A stretch of DNA of 64,000 bases from NCBI RefSeq assembly GCF_009914755.1, contig NC_060926.1, one strand, 5' to 3'. Made by a program: the position numbers and the translations under genes. Every line of letters starts with the position of its first letter. The first letter of the stretch is position 1. The notes under the pieces were generated by a model. That model did no database searches. It saw only the letters and a program-made list of their open reading frames with translations, and was not told the DNA's origin. This DNA comes from the human T2T-CHM13v2.0 reference genome, Homo sapiens. This document shows, in pieces, positions 58,062 to 64,000 of this stretch.

Positions 58062-58199
58062 AGTGGAGCTTGTCTGGGGGACAGGGGAACTAGCTGTCTG
58101 GAGTCTGTCCTGCAGGTGAGGAACATATCTAGTGGAGCTTGTCTGGGGGACAGGGGGACTAGCTGTCTGGAGTCTGTCTTGCAGGTGAGGAACGTATCT
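58062..58199 (+). repeat. 69-bp tandem duplication (2 copies, 3 mismatches)
   Basis: agtggagcttgtctgggggacagggg(a/g)actagctgtctggagtctgtc(c/t)tgcaggtgaggaac(a/g)tatct. Confidence 0.97.
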
Positions 58200-58522
58200 G
58201 GCGAGAGCAGGGGAACCCTCGGTTAGGCCCTTAGGGCCTGGTGAGGCTCAAAGATGTCAAAGAATCACTGAAAGTTTTAGGGTTTACAATATACTAACCT
58301 AGTTATTCTATTTAAACATTGAATTTCATAGTTTATGGCTCTAATTTGTCTCATAAAACCTGGCACACACTGCTTTGCCTTACAGTCATTTGCTGGCAAT
58401 TTAGCTAATGTTAACCTAGCCTCTCAGTTAGATTGTAAAACTAGAAGACAGTTTCTTTTTAATGACGTCTCCACATTTAAAAAATTTATATTTCACCTAC
58501 ATTTAATATATGTGTATGTATA

Positions 58523-58969
58523 TTATTTTAGTTTCCTAGGGCTCATGTAAGAAATTATCATAAGTGGGTGACTTAAATGTATTTTCTGAGGGTTCTGGAT
58601 GCCTAAAATTTGAAATCAAGGTGTCAGTGGGGCCAAGCTCTCTCATAAGACCTTGGAAGAAAAATGCTTCTTTACCTCTTTTAGCTTCTGGTGGTTGCTG
58701 GCAATTCTTGGCATTTCAGGCCTTCTGGTAGACTAACTCTAATTCCTGGCTCTGTCTTCACGTGGCTGTCTTTCTTCTCATGTGTCTCTGCATCTTTCTC
58801 CTAATAAGGACACCAGTCGTTGGATTTAGGGCCCACTTTAAACCAATGTGACCTCATTTTGACTTGATTATTTCCAAATAAGATCTTATTTCCAAATAAG
58901 TTCTCATGCACAGGTATCAGGGGTTAAGACTTCACGACATCTTTTTGTGGGACAGGATTCCACCTACAA
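58523..58969 (-). mobile_element. MLT1C-like solo LTR
   Basis: ttagtttcctagggc...gaaatcaaggtgtcag...taaggacaccagtcgttggatttagggcccac...ggggttaagacttc. Confidence 0.85.
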
Positions 58970-60057
58970 TGCATATGATTAGAAAAGATATGTCTGTTGT
59001 GTCTGCCTAAATACACTCCAGAAAAACTCTTGTAAATGATTTGTCCAAAATTAAGCAAAAAGTCTCAGGTAGGAGTAGAAAAAGAGCTCAGACCCTAGGA
59101 TGCCCAGTCAAGGACTTCTTGCTAATGGCTGGAAATGAATAATCAGTGTGTCTTGGCACATAATTCGCTTCTCAAACATAGTAAAGTCTACTCAATGCCT
59201 ATGAAGCTCTTCATGAGGTTAAAGGACTATCTCAATGTCATCGAATTCTTTAGATAAAGTTGCTTAATGAATATTATCTATAAGAGCAAAGAAGAGAGAC
59301 AGAAATATCTGTGTTGGCTTTAGTTTGTGGTTTTTGCCTCTAGCAAAAGAAAATATAACATAGGAGGCTAGAACAAATGGTCATTTCTCTTTTGTGACTG
59401 AACAAGTCACAGAATGGGATTTGAATATTTCTTGGCATATTCTACTCTCTTTCTGCCTGTTTGTAGTTAATCACAATTGGCAGAACCAGCAGACCTCCTG
59501 TGGATGAAATTTTTATGTTGTTTCCTTATGCCAGTGATTTCATATTTTTTCCAAGGTCAAAGAAACAACCCACGTTAATGACTCACCTTCTTCATTATAG
59601 AGAGAGTCTATAACTACAAGATGCTTGTAGCAATGTGGGAAGAGCTACTCTGACAGGCTGCTGTACCAAACAAAGTTAAATGCAAAAAGAAGGGCTAAGG
59701 AGCAATTTACTACAGCCTCAACAGTTGTAGGAAGTATCACATTTACCAACACACTGTTCTTAAAATTTTTCTCCTCCTCAATGATTGCTTATTTGAGATA
59801 TAACAGAAATATTGAACCAAGAGAATACACACTGCATCTCTCAGTTGACCCAATTTTGCTACTGAGAAAGAATTCCAGATATATCTATTATATAGTTATT
59901 AGCATTGTCAAGGATTAGTATGAAACCCAGTATCACAAATTAAAAATAGTTGCTAAATGTTTTTGGCTCTTGCTGCATTTCTTCAAACTGAAGAAGGATA
60001 TTCCAGACCAATCAATGCTCATTGATAAATATACAGAATTGTTTGGGGCTCAGCACT

Positions 60058-60431
60058 TGTATTAATCCATTCTCATGCTGCTGATAAAGACACACCTGAG
60101 ACTGGGTAATTCATAAAGGAAAAAGATTTAATTGACTCACAGTTCAGCATGGGTGGGTAAGCCTCAGGAAACTTACAATCATGGTGGAAGGGGAAGCAAA
60201 CACATCCTTCTTCATAGGGCAGCAGGAAGGATAAGTGCCAAGCAGAAGGGGAAAAGCCCTTATAAAACCATCAGATCTCATGAGAACTCACTCATTATCA
60301 TGAGAACAGCATAAGGGTAATCACCCCCAGGATTAAATTACCTCCCATAAGGTTTCTCCCACAACACGTGGGGATGATGGGAACTACACTTTAAGATAAG
60401 ATTTGGGTGGGAACACAGCCAAACCATATCA
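60058..60431 (-). mobile_element. THE1C/D solo LTR
   Basis: tgtatta...cacagccaaaccatatca; perfect TSD gcact at 60053-60057 and 60432-60436. Confidence 0.95.
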
Positions 60432-60814
60432 GCACTACTATTTAGTAACTTAGCCAATAATAGTGTTGGGTGTGTTTGGCCCCATGAACGTGGGGCTGTG
60501 GTAGAATATTGGAAAAGCAGATCAAGGAGAGTTTCCTTATATGAATGGCCTCCTGCTTATCCTATTGGCTTTGGTCAATTTGGCACATATAATATATGCT
60601 ACAGAAATTTTGACTTGCTGATCTCTCCTGTTTTTTTCACTGGTGTCATTACCCAGAAGGGAATCCCATATATCAGGAATCCCATACTGGGAAGAGGCAG
60701 AGACTTGTACTTTTGGCATCCCGAGTAAAGGTACAGAAAAATCTGGGCAGCCTGACTTTTTTACTATAGTATAGTATAGTAATGGAAATTATAGTAATAC
60801 TGTATAAGTTTCAT

Positions 60815-61230
60815 TGCCTTGGTTCTGAAGATACTCTCATGGAGTTGAATCTCTTTTTAGCAGCTTGCTAGCTCTGTGACCCTGGGCAAGTCTCTTCAGC
60901 ACTCCATGTCTAGTTATCGTAAATGGAAATAATAAAGGTTGCCAGATTTAGCAAATAAAAAACAGAACACTCAGTTAAATTTGCATTTCAGATAAACAAT
61001 GGTCTTCTAAGAAATAAAAGTATATACCATGCAATATTTGGGATATATTATACTAAAAAATTCACAGTTTATCTGAATTCAAATTTAACAAGGCATCCTG
61101 TATGTAATCTGGCAACCCTAAGATAATAGGTGTATCTACATTCTAAAGTTCTTAATAGGTTAAATGTGTTGAAATGAGAAAAACATTTAACATGATGCCT
61201 ATCACTTAATATGTACCAGTTATTATTATT
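60815..61230 (+). mobile_element. MIR split by MER53
   Basis: ctagctctgtgaccctgggcaagtc...gtaaatggaaataat resumes after 61120 as ...ggttaaatg...tattattatt. Confidence 0.7.
60935..61120 (+). mobile_element. MER53 palindromic hAT MITE
   Basis: ggttgccagatttagcaaataaaa...aatctggcaacccta; internal inverted arms; 8-bp TSD aaataata/agataata. Confidence 0.9.
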
Positions 61231-61445
61231 TCTAATTGCAACACCATTTAATATTAGACATTGTGTTGGCATTTTAAGATCATATATTAAACTTAACAAT
61301 AATTCTCCTGGTTTAGGGTTAACAGCGCCAATTTACAATAGGTAAACATGGATTAGAAAGTTTGAAATTTGTACAGCTAGCCTCTGTCTGAGTTCAGGAG
61401 CTACAGTCATTATAGTATATCACATTGGCTTGCTTTAGATTTTAG

Positions 61446-62476
<1,031 letters not shown>

Positions 62477-64000
62477 TAGTAAACTATTTTGTGTAGTAAA
62501 ACTCTAAAGCCTTTCTGCTCCTTACCGTTTCTCTGAATGATTATACACAGCAGCAGGACTTAAGAGAGAGTTCTTCAAAGAAAATGCAACCAACACTTCA
62601 AAAAACACCTACAGTGGTCTCTGTCCCTCCTATGAATTCAACAGATGAAGAAAAGAAGATCAGTGATATATAGTATACTTGCAGCATTTAAAGTTTGCAT
62701 CATTCAGTGCCCCCTTTGTTAGCAGAGAAATATTCATTGGATATTTTGTGAACCAAAATAGATGGTTACATAATTTCAGATTTGGATGCATATTTGGGAA
62801 ATGTTTATAAGCTGTACAGGGAGCCAGTGGAGCTTGGGCAAAAGGGCTGCCAGGGATTCCTGATAAGAGTCTTCTGCTCATGTTCCCTGTAGAGTGGTGG
62901 TGGGGGGCATTGGCAAAGGAGCTGCTAGAAACAGGGCTTGGTACTGACTGGACACTGAAGCTATTTGGTTGCTTTAATAAAAGGGATTTCAAATTTAATT
63001 CACTTACTGTGAGATAACTAAGTGCTCACATCTGGAAATAGTTCTACTGCAGTCAGCAAAAAGATGCCATTACCAGTAACCTTTCCTATAGGGGGCTTGA
63101 ATCATTTGGAGGCAAATCCATTTTCATTCCTGAGATGATGAATATGAAGACTAATGTCAGGGTGAAGGAAGGTTTCGTGCATGCTGCCTGAATCCTACTT
63201 CTCCTGAGGATAAGGGTGTGGCCATATATTGGATTTGGAAATAAAGAGGGCATTGTTGGATGGTTACCAAAGCTTGTCAGGGCTGACCACCATATTCCTC
63301 AAGGAGACGGAGGGTGTGTGCCACATCTGACGGTGTGCACATCATCACATTGGTGCATTATGCTGATTTATGCACAGGTGTCACTTTAATTCAACAGATA
63401 AATTTTCACATTTGTTTGTATAATGACACTCAGTACTGGAGTCCCAACTCTCTCTCTCATCATTCATTAATTGGGTGACTTTTCTTTAGCTTCTTTTTCC
63501 AGCCGGATTTTAAGCTTTTTTTTTGTATAAGTACTGATTCATACATTTTATGGAGGCTCACAACACCTGCTGTAGTATAAGGCACAAAGTGATTTCCCAG
63601 TAAGTTCAGATTCATTAATAGGAATAGGCATCCCTGATTCAATCATGTATAGATCTTTCTTTGCCTGAAATCTCACAGAAGGTTATTTCTGATGTGACTG
63701 TCTGAGTACTTCCATGGATTGAGTATGGCTGGTAGAAGGTAAACCAATCTATAAAATATGACAACGGACTTTGGCGAACATTTTCTTTCTGTTTGTAATG
63801 TAATGTTAATATTGCCACCCCTTCTCTCTCCTAATCCCATTCACATCTCGTATTTATGGGGTAAGGAGCAATAGTACAACAGGGATACATATATACTAGT
63901 TGCCTACATATTTAGAAATAATAAATCAAGCTACAACATAGTTAAATATATTATGGTTTATTCTTATACTTTGACAGATATTTACAGAAAGAAATTGTGG

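Noticed and set aside
62705-62722. CTCF-like agggggcact on the minus strand
   Set aside because: The 5' half of the core motif is absent

Overview
Primate, most likely human, non-coding genomic DNA: AT-rich, with no CpG island, no recognisable protein-coding exon and no RNA gene. It looks like a gene desert or a large intron. Much of the window is interspersed repeat: 12 Alus (J, S and Y), L1PA/L1MA/L1MC/L1ME fragments, L2, MIR, MaLR and ERVL solo LTRs (THE1, MST, MLT1, LTR16, LTR33), DNA-transposon fossils (Tigger2a, Charlie4a, MER102, MER81, MER53, MER1B) and microsatellites. The ORF track is explained by repeats or chance; the only real protein remnants are disrupted L1 ORF2 pieces. Family and subfamily calls come from recalled consensus motifs, not from a database search. 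I found no support for a new gene-level biological system. The best observations are structural: three independent twin-primed (5'-inverted) L1 insertions of different ages with readable junctions and TSDs, an Alu that reused an L1 target site, a four-element nested stack, and an unusually long Alu TSD. Other leads are a CpG-retaining GATA/ETS/MYB motif cluster, a 69-bp tandem duplication carrying splice donors, an interleaved A-B-A'-B' inverted repeat, and a perfect heat-shock element made by micro-duplication.
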